From Acidilobaceae archaeon (GTDB lineage Archaea; Thermoproteota; Thermoprotei_A; Sulfolobales; Acidilobaceae), in contig JAWAWX010000001.1 in NCBI GenBank assembly GCA_038897215.1, forward strand, positions 224,001 to 288,000: 64,000 nt of DNA. Reading direction: 5' to 3'. Made by a program: the position numbers and the translations under genes. This document shows positions 49,980 to 59,745 of the stretch, piece after piece (positions within the stretch are counted from its first letter, which is position 1; the number at the start of each line of letters is the position of its first letter). Below the pieces are notes generated by a model. It was not told the origin of the DNA. It searched no databases and saw nothing but the letters and a program-made list of their open reading frames with translations.

Positions 49980-50225
49980 CTAGAGCTCCCCCAGAGCGAG
50001 AAGCCCTCTTCTCGCAGCCTCTCTCAAAACCCTCTCAGCCAGGCTCCTAGACCTCACTCTAGCGAGAACAACGCCCCCCGCCTCGACGAGCGAGACGCCG
50101 CTAGACGAGAGAACGCTGGCTAGAGCTCTCTCAGCCCCCCTCTTCAGAGGCACGACGTAAAAGCCCTGAGGGTCTCTCCTCCTAAGCACCTCTAGCTCGA
50201 GCCTATCCAGCGAAGAGCCGCTCAC
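49980..50225 (-). CDS. Small hypothetical protein
   Basis: Plausible ORF following the kinase gene; SRSLA...RRGLL. Confidence 0.55.
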   Translation of the reverse strand: MSGSSLDRLELEVLRRRDPQGFYVVPLKRGAERALASVLSSSGVSLVEAGGVVLARVRSRSLAERVLREAARRGLLALGEL

Positions 50226-50262
50226 GCCAGCCCAGCCCTCGGGCCTGACGGGAGGCTCTCTC

Positions 50263-50754
50263 CTACCTCTTGTACCCTATCTTCCTCAGGAACTCTCTCC
50301 TCTCTCGCGCGTCCTCCTCCGTCTCTACCCCAAGCGGCTTGAAGCCGTCTGCTACCCCCAGGAGGGCTCTCTGGTCTCCCAGGTCTGCTACTATGACCTT
50401 GACGGGGTTCGCTGTGGCAGCGTCTACCGACACTACCTCCTGGACGTGCTTTATAGCGTTCAGCACGTTTATCGGCCACCCTTCTCTCAGGTATATCACG
50501 AAGGTGTGCCCCGCTCCTATCTTGAGGCACGCCTCTACTGCTAGCTTCCTTAGCTCCTCGTCGTTCCCATCGCTTCTAACCAGTCTCTTCCCCGAGGCCT
50601 CGTTGAAGCAGAGGCCGAACCTGAGGTGGGGGTGGCTCGTCGCTAGAGCCTCGTAGAGGTCCTCCACGGTCTTGATGAAGTGAGACCTACCGATTATGAC
50701 GTTGACTCCGTGGGGCACGGGGATCTCCACTACTTCAATCCTTATCTCAGCCAC
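50263..50754 (-). CDS. Adenosine-specific kinase (DUF355 family)
   Basis: [25 protein letters not shown] and IGYKR motifs. Confidence 0.88.
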   Translation of the reverse strand: MAEIRIEVVEIPVPHGVNVIIGRSHFIKTVEDLYEALATSHPHLRFGLCFNEASGKRLVRSDGNDEELRKLAVEACLKIGAGHTFVIYLREGWPINVLNAIKHVQEVVSVDAATANPVKVIVADLGDQRALLGVADGFKPLGVETEEDARERREFLRKIGYKR

Positions 50755-50803
50755 TCCCAGGCACCGCTTCCCGAGGTTGCAGCCGAGAGCCTTATCCTCT
50801 AGC

Positions 50804-53041
50804 CTAGGCTACAGGCTTACCCTCGGGAGCTGCCTCGACTCTAGCCGTCTCTCCCCTCATGACCGCTTCTAGTATTCTGAGCGCTCCCCTCCTCGAGAGC
50901 ATCTTGTTGTTGTTACCGCAGTAGGGCGAGTAGACGCACCTAGGGCAGCCGTCTTCGCACGCGCACTCAGCAAGTATCCTCGCGGCTAGAGCGGCGGCTT
51001 TGTCTAGCCTCTCGAATAGAGTCCTCGAGGCCCCATTGCCTCCTGGGGAGGAGTCGTAGATGACTATGAGACCCGATGGGTAGCTTACTCCGCCCACATC
51101 TGTGTCGGAGTACCCGGCTACGGGCTTCCCCGCTGCTATCAGAACGTGCTCTATTGCGTGGAAAGAGCTGGAAGCATCGAGAGGATGCATGCCGAGCGAG
51201 GGGAAGCTAGCGTAGAGTCCTTTCGTCGTGAACCTCCACTTGAGCGGGGTCTCTAGCATGACCTCGCTCAGAGTCTGCCCGGAGGCCTCGTCTATTACCA
51301 CGTAGCCCTCAACGTAGACCTCAGCCTTAACGCTCCCATAGGACACGACTACGGAGCCCAGGAGTCTCGCGCTCTCCTCGGAGACGGGGACAGCGTAGGT
51401 GGTGTGCAGTGCTCTAGTGTAGACGGATATAGTGTCCGGGACTCTTCTCACTCTAGCCTCGAGCTTTGCCAGGTCGAGAGACACGGACATGTACGGCCGG
51501 CCCATGTGGTAGTATATCGCTCCCGGGTGGAGCTCGTAGAGAGCCTGAGGCAGCTCCCTGTACCCTATGGTCTTCCCCCGCTCGTCTACAATCGAGACAA
51601 CGGGGCCCGAGGACCTGAGCCCCGAGCTTCTGAGAAGCCTCAGGATCCCTTCGCGCGACCCTACTATCCTGCCTCCGGAGAGTCTGACGACGCCGGCTCT
51701 AGCGAGGTCCTCTACCGCTCCCCGAGCGAAATCAGGGATTTCCGAGTCTCTGAGAGACCCGTACTCGGCCAGCATAGCCGCCACGTGGGTCTTGGCTACC
51801 TCGACGTTCCCCGGCTCCATGAAGACAGGCGGCACGCTTTGAGCGAAGTACTCGCCCGGTCTCCTGGAGAAGTAGGACTCCAGGGGGCTCGCTCCCAGGA
51901 GCGTGATCACGTAGCCCGGTCTCTCTCTCCTCCCGACTCTCCCGGCTCTCTGTATGTAGCTCGCGTAGCTGCTAGGCAGCCCGACCATGATTGCCACGTC
52001 CAGAGTCCCCACGTCTATGCCGAGCTCTAGAGTAGGCGTGGCTACCACTACGTCGACTCTCCCCTCTCTCATAGCCTCCTCCACCATAGCCCTGTACTCT
52101 GGAGGGAGCCCTGCTCTGTGGACGAAGGACTTGACCCCCTTCTTGGCTATGTCTCTCGCTAGCCATTCCGCTCTCTGCTGCGAGTCTATGAAGACTAGAG
52201 TCTTGAGCCCCATCTTGGCGAGAGCAGCCGCCAGAGTAGAGGCTACGACACGCCTACTGGCTCTACCGCAGTCCGCCATGTAGTGGACCGCTGTCCCCCT
52301 CCTCCTCCTGGGGCCCTCGACGACGACGGGCTTCCTCCCGAAGAGCCTCTCTCCGTGCTCCCCGGGGTTGCCTATCGTCGCCCCCGAGCCGACCATCACA
52401 GCGTCTCTAGCGTATCGCAACAGCCTGTACACGACCCACTTGACGTGGCTCCCGAAGACTCCACCATATAGGTGTAGCTCGTCGAGCACGACGTAGGAGG
52501 CTTCTCTCACGACCTCTCTCAAGCCTCTCGCCATGGCTAGACTGTAGTGGAGCATATCCGGGTTCGTTACGAGCACGTGGGGAGGGCTCGTGAGAACCCT
52601 CCTGCGGACGCTCTCAGGGCTGTCCCCATCGTAGACTTCAGCCTCCAGCCCTAGAGCCTCCAGGTAGCCTCTGATCCTCGAGAGCTGGTCTCTAGCCAGG
52701 GCCTTCGTGGGATAGACCAGGATAGCCGTGGGCCTCCTCCCTAGTCTCAGAGCCTTATCGAGAACGGGGACCAGGAACGCTTCAGTCTTCCCCGTGCCAG
52801 TCCCGGCCACGATGACTGTATCGTTGCCAGCCGCTATGCTCGCAGCCGCCTCAGCCTGGAACCTGTAGAGGCGCCTTATCCCCCGCGACCTCAGAGCCTC
52901 GACAAGCTTCTCGCTAACCCCGAGCTCCTCGACCAGAGGGCCCGGCTCTGGCTCGCCGCTCTCCTCTACATGCTTGTATACAACCCTCCCCCCATGCCTC
53001 GCTAGAGTCTCCTCCAAGACTCTCTCGACGCCGCCCTCCAA
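50804..53041 (-). CDS. SF2 DEAH helicase with DUF1998 (Hrq1/SftH-like)
   Basis: [28 protein letters not shown] and C-terminal [10 protein letters not shown] motifs. Confidence 0.9.
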   Translation of the reverse strand: MEGGVERVLEETLARHGGRVVYKHVEESGEPEPGPLVEELGVSEKLVEALRSRGIRRLYRFQAEAAASIAAGNDTVIVAGTGTGKTEAFLVPVLDKALRLGRRPTAILVYPTKALARDQLSRIRGYLEALGLEAEVYDGDSPESVRRRVLTSPPHVLVTNPDMLHYSLAMARGLREVVREASYVVLDELHLYGGVFGSHVKWVVYRLLRYARDAVMVGSGATIGNPGEHGERLFGRKPVVVEGPRRRRGTAVHYMADCGRASRRVVASTLAAALAKMGLKTLVFIDSQQRAEWLARDIAKKGVKSFVHRAGLPPEYRAMVEEAMREGRVDVVVATPTLELGIDVGTLDVAIMVGLPSSYASYIQRAGRVGRRERPGYVITLLGASPLESYFSRRPGEYFAQSVPPVFMEPGNVEVAKTHVAAMLAEYGSLRDSEIPDFARGAVEDLARAGVVRLSGGRIVGSREGILRLLRSSGLRSSGPVVSIVDERGKTIGYRELPQALYELHPGAIYYHMGRPYMSVSLDLAKLEARVRRVPDTISVYTRALHTTYAVPVSEESARLLGSVVVSYGSVKAEVYVEGYVVIDEASGQTLSEVMLETPLKWRFTTKGLYASFPSLGMHPLDASSSFHAIEHVLIAAGKPVAGYSDTDVGGVSYPSGLIVIYDSSPGGNGASRTLFERLDKAAALAARILAECACEDGCPRCVYSPYCGNNNKMLSRRGALRILEAVMRGETARVEAAPEGKPVA

Positions 53042-53200
53042 GCCTCAGACCCGCTCAATCAACCACACTCTCCTACACTCCCCGAGGAGCCCTTAAAGAG
53101 AGACTCTCGGAGGCCAGCTCTAGCTCCTCGAGCCTGAGAAGCCGCTGCGGGAGTCCGAGGGCGCGCCCGCCGGCTAGAGGCTTCGGCGCGGAGCGGGCAC

Positions 53201-54904
53201 TCAGCCAGAGAGCCTCTCGGCTAGACCCCTCCCGGGCATCGCTCTGTCGGGCCAGAGTTCGACGAAGAACCTTATCGGGTCCCTCTTCGTCATCACTATC
53301 GCTTTCCTCCCCTCCAATATCGTGCAGTACTCTTCTCCTCTATTCAGCTTGATGTCGAACGAGTGCTCTACGAGTCCAACTTCTCGACCTATTGAGGAGA
53401 TGAACCCGAAGGAGCCCGACCCGACGGCGAAGAGCCGCCCGCTCATCCGGTCCTCGCTATAGCCTCCTCTCTCGACCCAGTGCTCAGCTCTAGCTAGGCC
53501 AAGCCAGGCTCTACCACGATCCCCTGCTATGTAGTAGGGACCGTGGGGTTCTACGACACCTACCCCGTACGTTACTGTCGCGGTTATCGAAACACCTACT
53601 CCTGGTAGGGTTCCTGCATATACTTGATAGAATATGGTTCTACCGCCTGCGACGTTTTTAGGCCCCCAGTCTCTCAAGATTTGGCCAGTCTGGTCTGAGA
53701 GCCAGTGAGTCGAGGTCTCGAAGAGCCTCGGGTAGTGGTGCACGATTTTGCAGATATGCCCGGATAGCGTGCAGCACCTCACACTGTATCCTATAGCAGC
53801 GTGTTTAGTGTAGACAAACCAAGCCGGGTGCGACAGAGCGCCTACCTGATATCCGCTGAAATAGTATTCAGAGTAGACGAATTGAATCCCGATGAGGCAA
53901 TTGTCGTATATATACACGGGGCCTTTGACTTTATCGCATACCGTGGAGGGGCATTCGTTCGCAGAGCCTTTGACTTTACTGCACACCGTGACATGGCTCC
54001 TGATCCAGCCGATGTAGCCTATGAGGGAGGGCTCTCGAGGACTAAAGTCTACGGAGAAGTGAGACACTCCGGTCCTCGAGATGGTCTTGCTCTCTTCTAG
54101 CAACCTCGTCCACTCTAGCACCGCTCTTAGAACACGTTTTGAGTTGTGGGATGTGAGGCTCTCGACGACTATGACTCCCGGCGGGTCTATCGAGTAGACC
54201 ACCATGTCGGCTGTGAGGACAGCTGGGTGAAGCCTCGGCTTCTTCAGCTCTCCTCTCTCCTCCCTCTCTATCGGCTGATTTGGGTCGAGAGGTACGGGCG
54301 GGTAGACTCCAGCGTTCTCTAAGGCCTCGAGCACGAGAACGTGTGGAGTGATGTCCGCTCTTCTCGGGAAGCCGTTCAGCAAGGCTATAGCGCACCCTCT
54401 GCAAGAGTCCACGAGTCTCGAGAACAGCCTAGAGTACTCTGAGGCATTCTCTAGCACTTCGTCGACGTGAGCCACTACTAGGGCTCGCTCTAGAGCCTCC
54501 GCCTCGAGATCGAGAGGTCTGGGAGCTAGCCCCACTCTATTGAATATGATTCTATGGTATGAAGGTAGCTCGCCGACATAGTATACCGGGACTCCCGTTC
54601 TCTCGAGGAGCTCTCTCGAGCTCTCGTCCTCAGGGATGATTTCACACGACCACGCGTCAACACAGTGCCACACCGACAGAGCATAGTAAAGGGCTTTGGC
54701 GGCTCCGGCGAGCGCGATGGCTATCGGCAGGATGACTAGAGCGATTACTAGCGCGATTATTGCGGCGATTATCGCGATGGCGGCCAAGGAGGTCGCTCGA
54801 CGGCTCGCCCTGCGCTTCACAGCTCGCCCCTCAAGCCCGATCCCTGCTTTGAAATCCTTTAAGGCTAGCGATGCAACGACCGTGCCAGCCTCGCTGAGCA
54901 GCAC
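53201..54904 (-). CDS. Membrane-anchored or secreted hypothetical protein
   Basis: Basic n-region KRRASRRA plus a long hydrophobic helix; Cys/aromatic-rich C-terminal half. Confidence 0.65.
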   Translation of the reverse strand: MLLSEAGTVVASLALKDFKAGIGLEGRAVKRRASRRATSLAAIAIIAAIIALVIALVILPIAIALAGAAKALYYALSVWHCVDAWSCEIIPEDESSRELLERTGVPVYYVGELPSYHRIIFNRVGLAPRPLDLEAEALERALVVAHVDEVLENASEYSRLFSRLVDSCRGCAIALLNGFPRRADITPHVLVLEALENAGVYPPVPLDPNQPIEREERGELKKPRLHPAVLTADMVVYSIDPPGVIVVESLTSHNSKRVLRAVLEWTRLLEESKTISRTGVSHFSVDFSPREPSLIGYIGWIRSHVTVCSKVKGSANECPSTVCDKVKGPVYIYDNCLIGIQFVYSEYYFSGYQVGALSHPAWFVYTKHAAIGYSVRCCTLSGHICKIVHHYPRLFETSTHWLSDQTGQILRDWGPKNVAGGRTIFYQVYAGTLPGVGVSITATVTYGVGVVEPHGPYYIAGDRGRAWLGLARAEHWVERGGYSEDRMSGRLFAVGSGSFGFISSIGREVGLVEHSFDIKLNRGEEYCTILEGRKAIVMTKRDPIRFFVELWPDRAMPGRGLAERLSG

Positions 54905-55150
54905 TGAGAGACCCGCAGACCGTAGAGCTGCAGCGAAGTTGTGGACCGCGGGCTCGCAGAGCGTAGCGAGGAGCTAACAGCTACGAGGAGGCGCGGCGCG
55001 ATGCATGCGGCGCGTTAAGCCGTAGCTTCCGCAATCCCGCGGGGGCTACGCGCTGGCTCTCGAGGGAGCAGTGAGAAGCGGAGCCCTCCAGTCTCCTCGA
55101 ATCCCGCGTCTTCGAGCATTGGCTCTCTGCGAGCAATATAGCTTCTCGGC

Positions 55151-55828
55151 GTGCGAGCGTCTGGTAGCGGGTCATGGCGATTGCTCGACGCCGCTAGAGA
55201 ACTCGGGCTAGCGCTGTGTAGAGACTTCAAGCCGGAGGCGTTGAGAGAGCTGGAGGGCTCTAGGAGGACTAAGAGGGGGGTCCACTGCGCGGACTTGTTG
55301 AAGCTGGCCGCCAGAGTCTTGCGCGAGCACGGAGAAGGCGGCTTGTGCGCGGTCGCGCTAGCTCTCTACCTCGAGAGAGCCCGCTTGCTAGTAGACTGCG
55401 CTATGAGGAAGGCTATAGAGCGAGAGCCGGGAGAGGTCGTGGCTAGACCGAGCGAGCCCCCCGGCGCGGCCAGGCTCTCCTCCTCTCTCGTGGAGTGCGT
55501 CGAGGAAGAGGTCTCTGCGATCAACGTGGTCAGGCTGCTAGACCCCTGCGAGAGGATCCAGGCGGTCTCCTTCATCAAGAGCGTGTCGAGGAGGAGCGTT
55601 GCGAGAAGAGCGTCGGGGAGGCTCGCCGCTCTGCTAGAAGAGTGCTCCCCCATCTGCTTGAGCGAGCAGGAAAGAGCTACGCTGAGCACCGCTAGAGCCA
55701 GGCTAGCCGAGGAGGCGGAGAGAGTGCTCGAAGCCATGAGGAGGAGTAGCATCGATGTGGCTAGAGCTCTCTGCAGAGCGGGGCTCGAGAGAGAGAACAG
55801 GGTCTTCTGCGAGACAGTGGGGGAGTAA
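55151..55828 (+). CDS. Cys-rich helical hypothetical protein
   Basis: 225-aa ORF with host-like codon usage; no recognised motif. Confidence 0.5.
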   Translation: MRASGSGSWRLLDAARELGLALCRDFKPEALRELEGSRRTKRGVHCADLLKLAARVLREHGEGGLCAVALALYLERARLLVDCAMRKAIEREPGEVVARPSEPPGAARLSSSLVECVEEEVSAINVVRLLDPCERIQAVSFIKSVSRRSVARRASGRLAALLEECSPICLSEQERATLSTARARLAEEAERVLEAMRRSSIDVARALCRAGLERENRVFCETVGE

Positions 55829-55877
55829 GAAACCGGGGAAAGAGAGCAACTGGGGGAGGAGCTTAGGCTAGAGCCGT

Positions 55878-56582
55878 CTACTTGGGGAGAGTCTTCTTGG
55901 AGGCTATCAGCTGCTTTGCCTCCTCTACGTCTGCCTTATCTACTTTCTCGTCGTAGCAGAACCACCAGTCGAAGCACTTGAACTTCTTGACTCTCTCCTC
56001 GGCCTCCTGGACTGTCGAGGCTGGGGGCACTATCACGTTCTCGCCCACGATCTCGTTCTCGGGCCAGTTGGCGGGGATCGCTCTGCCCAGCTTGTCGCTC
56101 ACCTGGAGAGCCTTCACCATCCTCAGTATCTCGTTTATGTTCCTGCCGAGCTCTAGCGGGTAGTAGAGTATCGCTCTGATCACTCCGTTGGCGTCGACTA
56201 TGAAGACCGCTCTCACGGTCTTAGTCCCGCTCTGAGCGTGGAGAAGACCCAGAGTCTGGGAGACTTTGCCAGCGGGGTCGGCGATGATCGGGAACGGTAG
56301 CTTGACGTTGAACGTGTTCTTTATCCACTCCTCCCACTTGATGTGAGAGAACGTCTGGTCGACGCTGAGCCCAATCAGCTCGGTGTTCAGCTTCTTGAAC
56401 TCCTCGTAGTGCAAAGCGAAGGAGACGAACTCAGTGGTGCAGACGGGGGTGAAGTCAGCTGGGTGAGTGAACAGCACGAACCACTTGCCAGCATAGTCGT
56501 CAGGCAGGACTTTAACGCCGTGAGTAGTCTCTACTACCATCTGAGGGAACTTCTCCCCAATACTGGGAACACTTATGGGCAT
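55878..56582 (-). CDS. Peroxiredoxin (archaeal Prx6-type)
   Basis: [18 protein letters not shown] and CFDWWFC motifs. Confidence 0.95.
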   Translation of the reverse strand: MPISVPSIGEKFPQMVVETTHGVKVLPDDYAGKWFVLFTHPADFTPVCTTEFVSFALHYEEFKKLNTELIGLSVDQTFSHIKWEEWIKNTFNVKLPFPIIADPAGKVSQTLGLLHAQSGTKTVRAVFIVDANGVIRAILYYPLELGRNINEILRMVKALQVSDKLGRAIPANWPENEIVGENVIVPPASTVQEAEERVKKFKCFDWWFCYDEKVDKADVEEAKQLIASKKTLPK

Positions 56583-56750
56583 GCCTCACACACCCCTAGC
56601 ATCGAGAACACAGAAAGCCCCCGAGGGTAATAAAGCTTAACCAGTATTCTAGCTAGAAAGCTGTTCGAGAAGCTTATAGTAAAGCGTTTAGCTCTTAAGC
56701 CTACATAATGAGTCTAGACATAAGTTCTCCGGAAGCCTCTGACATTGATA

Positions 56751-57674
56751 CTATGAAGGTCTAGGGCGAGAAGCCACATCCTTACCTCTCAGCTTCTCGT
56801 TTATCTTCTCTCTCAGCTTTGTTCTCAGTCTTCTGGCGTCTTCTCTGACCGTTATCTCTACTCTCGTCTCCTCTTCTAGCCCTAGGTGGCTTAGTACCGT
56901 CTTCTTCTTCAGCCTCTTCTCTATGGCTTCTGCTAGCTCTAGGTCTATCTCGTAGCCCACGCAGTTTCTGCCGAGTCTGCTGGCTACAGCGCACGTCGTT
57001 CCCGTCCCTAGGAACGGGTCTAGTACTGTCTCTCCTGCGTAGCTGTAGAGCGTTATGAGCCTCTCTGCTAGCTCCTCTGGGAAGACCGCGGTGTACTTGC
57101 TCCACTCCTCTGATGGGAGCACGTTCGTTATGTCCCACACTGAGAGATACCACTTCTCCGACTGGAATCTCCTCAAGTCTACTCTGCTCTTCTCCCTCAC
57201 GTCTCTCGGCACAGAGGACCTATCGAACTCCCCGGGCTTCCTGAATACTACTATCTCCTCGTATATGTTGTCGGGGTAGAAGTACATGGGGTACGGGTTC
57301 TGGACGAGGACACCGCTCCTCCTGCTTATCCTGATGTAGCCCTCCGGCTTCCTCCACACGATCTTCTCCTGGTACTCGAAGCCAACCTCGTAGACCATGA
57401 TGTGGATGAGGTCGGCCACGATCGGGTAGAGCCTGCCTCCGACTCTGACGTCCTGAGTCACGAAGCACGCAACCCTGCCGTCAGCGAGAACCCTGAAGAC
57501 CTCCCCTCCAACCCTTCTGAGGAGACCCAGGTAGTCGTCGTAGCTGGGGAACAAGTCCGGGAAGTCGAAGGGAGCGTTGTAGTACGGAGGAGAGGTCACA
57601 ACCAGGTGGACGCTACCGTCTCCCAGCTCCCTCATGCTCTCAGAGCTACCGAATACCACCTTAACTGAGACCAT
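56751..57674 (-). CDS. Beta-class N4-cytosine/N6-adenine DNA methyltransferase
   Basis: VTSPPY motif IV at the N-terminus, then FPEEL and DPFLGTGTT motif I toward the C-terminus. Confidence 0.92.
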   Translation of the reverse strand: MVSVKVVFGSSESMRELGDGSVHLVVTSPPYYNAPFDFPDLFPSYDDYLGLLRRVGGEVFRVLADGRVACFVTQDVRVGGRLYPIVADLIHIMVYEVGFEYQEKIVWRKPEGYIRISRRSGVLVQNPYPMYFYPDNIYEEIVVFRKPGEFDRSSVPRDVREKSRVDLRRFQSEKWYLSVWDITNVLPSEEWSKYTAVFPEELAERLITLYSYAGETVLDPFLGTGTTCAVASRLGRNCVGYEIDLELAEAIEKRLKKKTVLSHLGLEEETRVEITVREDARRLRTKLREKINEKLRGKDVASRPRPS

Positions 57675-57700
57675 CTAAGCCACCCCCAGTATTTTTTACA

Positions 57701-58100
57701 TCACTTAGTAAAGATTTTATGTACATTTTTATCTATCCCCGCAGACCGTTCTATCGATAGATCTTCTAACATCACGTAGTGCAGAGCTACCAACGATTAA
57801 GAAGTGCTAGGGGAAACTTCTACTATGCGTGATTGCATTTTTACCGGGTTATCCCTTTATAATAAACCATTAGATATCCGAGAGACTGCTAGAGTTTCAG
57901 CAGTAAAGTTATTACAGTCATATTCATTAATTTCGCTTGAATAAGTGATATCTTCAACGTTTCAGACTTCATTTATCAACCATACAAGTTCACCTGCATC
58001 TCTTAATCTCACACTCTACTCCCGCAACTGCTTTTGGTGTGTTGTTTAAATTCCGCTATCGCTATCAAATCCTTTACAATGCCCGTCTAAGGTCTCATAT
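57701..58100 (-). pseudogene. AT-rich possible gene remnant upstream of the methyltransferase
   Basis: 104-codon frame 58012-57701 with three internal stops, preceded in another frame by KDLIAIAEFK; weak. Confidence 0.3.
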
Positions 58101-58186
58101 CTCATAAGTCGCAAAGGGTTGAAGAAAGCTTAGAGATGCTTATAGGCTCTAAGCTAGGTTTTAGATAGCTTGACTGCAGTTATGGT

Positions 58187-59086
58187 GTGAGCATCGTGCC
58201 GAAGGTAGATGTTCCAAACAGGCTCTCACTTAGCGATAAACGAAAGCTCTTAGAGAGGCTTGAGTACATTGGATTGTCGAACTTTACTCACTATATGAAC
58301 CAGAGATTGCTAAATGTCTTGGATAACAAGCATCTTCGGCACAGAGAGTTTTTGTCACGTTATCTGTTATTAGTAGCCGCGTTGGACCAGCAAGCGGATT
58401 CAGATAGCGCGAGAAAAACAGTGGTCAGTCTTTATCTAAGATACGGGGCGGACCTCTTTCTAAATCCTCATCAATATGTTGGAAATCTTTACGAAGTTGT
58501 AGAGTTAGCGGCTAGTCTCTACAGACCTCGCACAAGAGTTTTAAGGCTAAAAAACAACGCCGCCTTGCTTCTGAGGATAGGCGGCTTCTTGCTGGCTCTC
58601 GTTAATATCACAGAAAGATATGGGGGATTACTTAACTATCTAAGCTTGGCAACGAGTCCGCGAGGGCTACTCGATTTGATATTAAAAGACTTGCTACTAT
58701 CTGGTCTTCTCTACGAAAAAGCGGCTAGGATGTATGTAGGATGGGTTTCACATCCTAAGCTATGGATAAACATATCTAACGGTAAGTGGAAGCCTTCCGA
58801 GGTACCTATGGCCGTGAATGGACACGTGTGCAAAGTATTAGCGAGAACGGGATTTTTATCGAGCGCAATGGTTGAGGACGTGAAGACCTATATTGTTGAA
58901 GCTGAAAACGAGAGAAAGAACATCGAGAAAGAGATAGACTTAGCCTACCCGGAAGGAGATCGCTTATTCATAGATTTCGGTGCGTTCTATATAGGGATTA
59001 CATATTGTTACGAGACAAACCCGAGATGTAGTCAATGTCCTATTTCTCACCTTTGTAAAAAGAATATCGTTTTTAGGGCTTACTGA
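58187..59086 (+). CDS. Divergent HhH-GPD superfamily protein with 4Fe-4S (FCL) motif
   Basis: LDQQAD (like EndoIII LSQxT), EKAARMY HhH-like Lys, AVNGHVCKV (like VDTHV.R), CYETNPRCSQCPISHLC; AT-rich. Confidence 0.75.
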   Translation: MSIVPKVDVPNRLSLSDKRKLLERLEYIGLSNFTHYMNQRLLNVLDNKHLRHREFLSRYLLLVAALDQQADSDSARKTVVSLYLRYGADLFLNPHQYVGNLYEVVELAASLYRPRTRVLRLKNNAALLLRIGGFLLALVNITERYGGLLNYLSLATSPRGLLDLILKDLLLSGLLYEKAARMYVGWVSHPKLWINISNGKWKPSEVPMAVNGHVCKVLARTGFLSSAMVEDVKTYIVEAENERKNIEKEIDLAYPEGDRLFIDFGAFYIGITYCYETNPRCSQCPISHLCKKNIVFRAY

Positions 59087-59223
59087 TGCGCTATATTATG
59101 CAAGCCTATGGATATAGTTCAAGGGGGAACATCATGCCAGGTGATGTGTATTCAAGCTGAGCGCGCTGAGTGTCTGTGTGTGCGCACGCTCGAGATTTTC
59201 GGTTTTTTGGCTGTTGTTGCTGT

Positions 59224-59733
59224 CTAGCTCTTGCCTTTTAGGCACTTCATCATCGTCATGAATGCTTTGAGTGCTGCTGCCATCTCGGGGCTCCTCATTA
59301 TCTTTATGAGCTCCAGTAGCCCTAGGCCTTTCTCCGTCTTGGCCGCCTCGGCTGCAGCTGCTTCCGTGCATCTTGGTATCGTTTCCGCTGCCTTGAGTAG
59401 GGCTTCGTGGTTGAGCTGTGAGAGCATGTATACTAGCATCATCGTGTTCCCCAGGGTCTTCATTAGCTCCTGTCTGACTGCAGCGCTGAATGTCTCGTCT
59501 GCTGTCTCTAGTAGCCCTAGTAGCGCTGCCGTGGTCCCGCTTTCTTTAAGTGCTCTCGCTAGCTCTATCATGCCAGCTATCGAGTCCGCGTTCTCGGAGA
59601 GCTCTCTGAGCAGTAGCGCCACCTTCTTCAGGTCGACTGTCCTCAGCACCTCCTCTATCTCTCTCAACTCCTCGTCGCTAAGAGACTCGAGTAGAGAGAG
59701 GAGAGCGCTCGCCCTGCTCTTCTTCTCGGCCAC
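59224..59733 (-). CDS. DUF1641-like protein
   Basis: Helical protein with C-terminal GLLELIKIMRSPEM motif, downstream of the SQR-like gene. Confidence 0.75.
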   Translation of the reverse strand: MAEKKSRASALLSLLESLSDEELREIEEVLRTVDLKKVALLLRELSENADSIAGMIELARALKESGTTAALLGLLETADETFSAAVRQELMKTLGNTMMLVYMLSQLNHEALLKAAETIPRCTEAAAAEAAKTEKGLGLLELIKIMRSPEMAAALKAFMTMMKCLKGKS

Positions 59734-59745
59734 CGCGTCTCACCT

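Noticed and set aside
59140-59170. GTGATGT...CTGA...CTGA C/D-like motif
   Set aside because: Spacing too short and no C' box.
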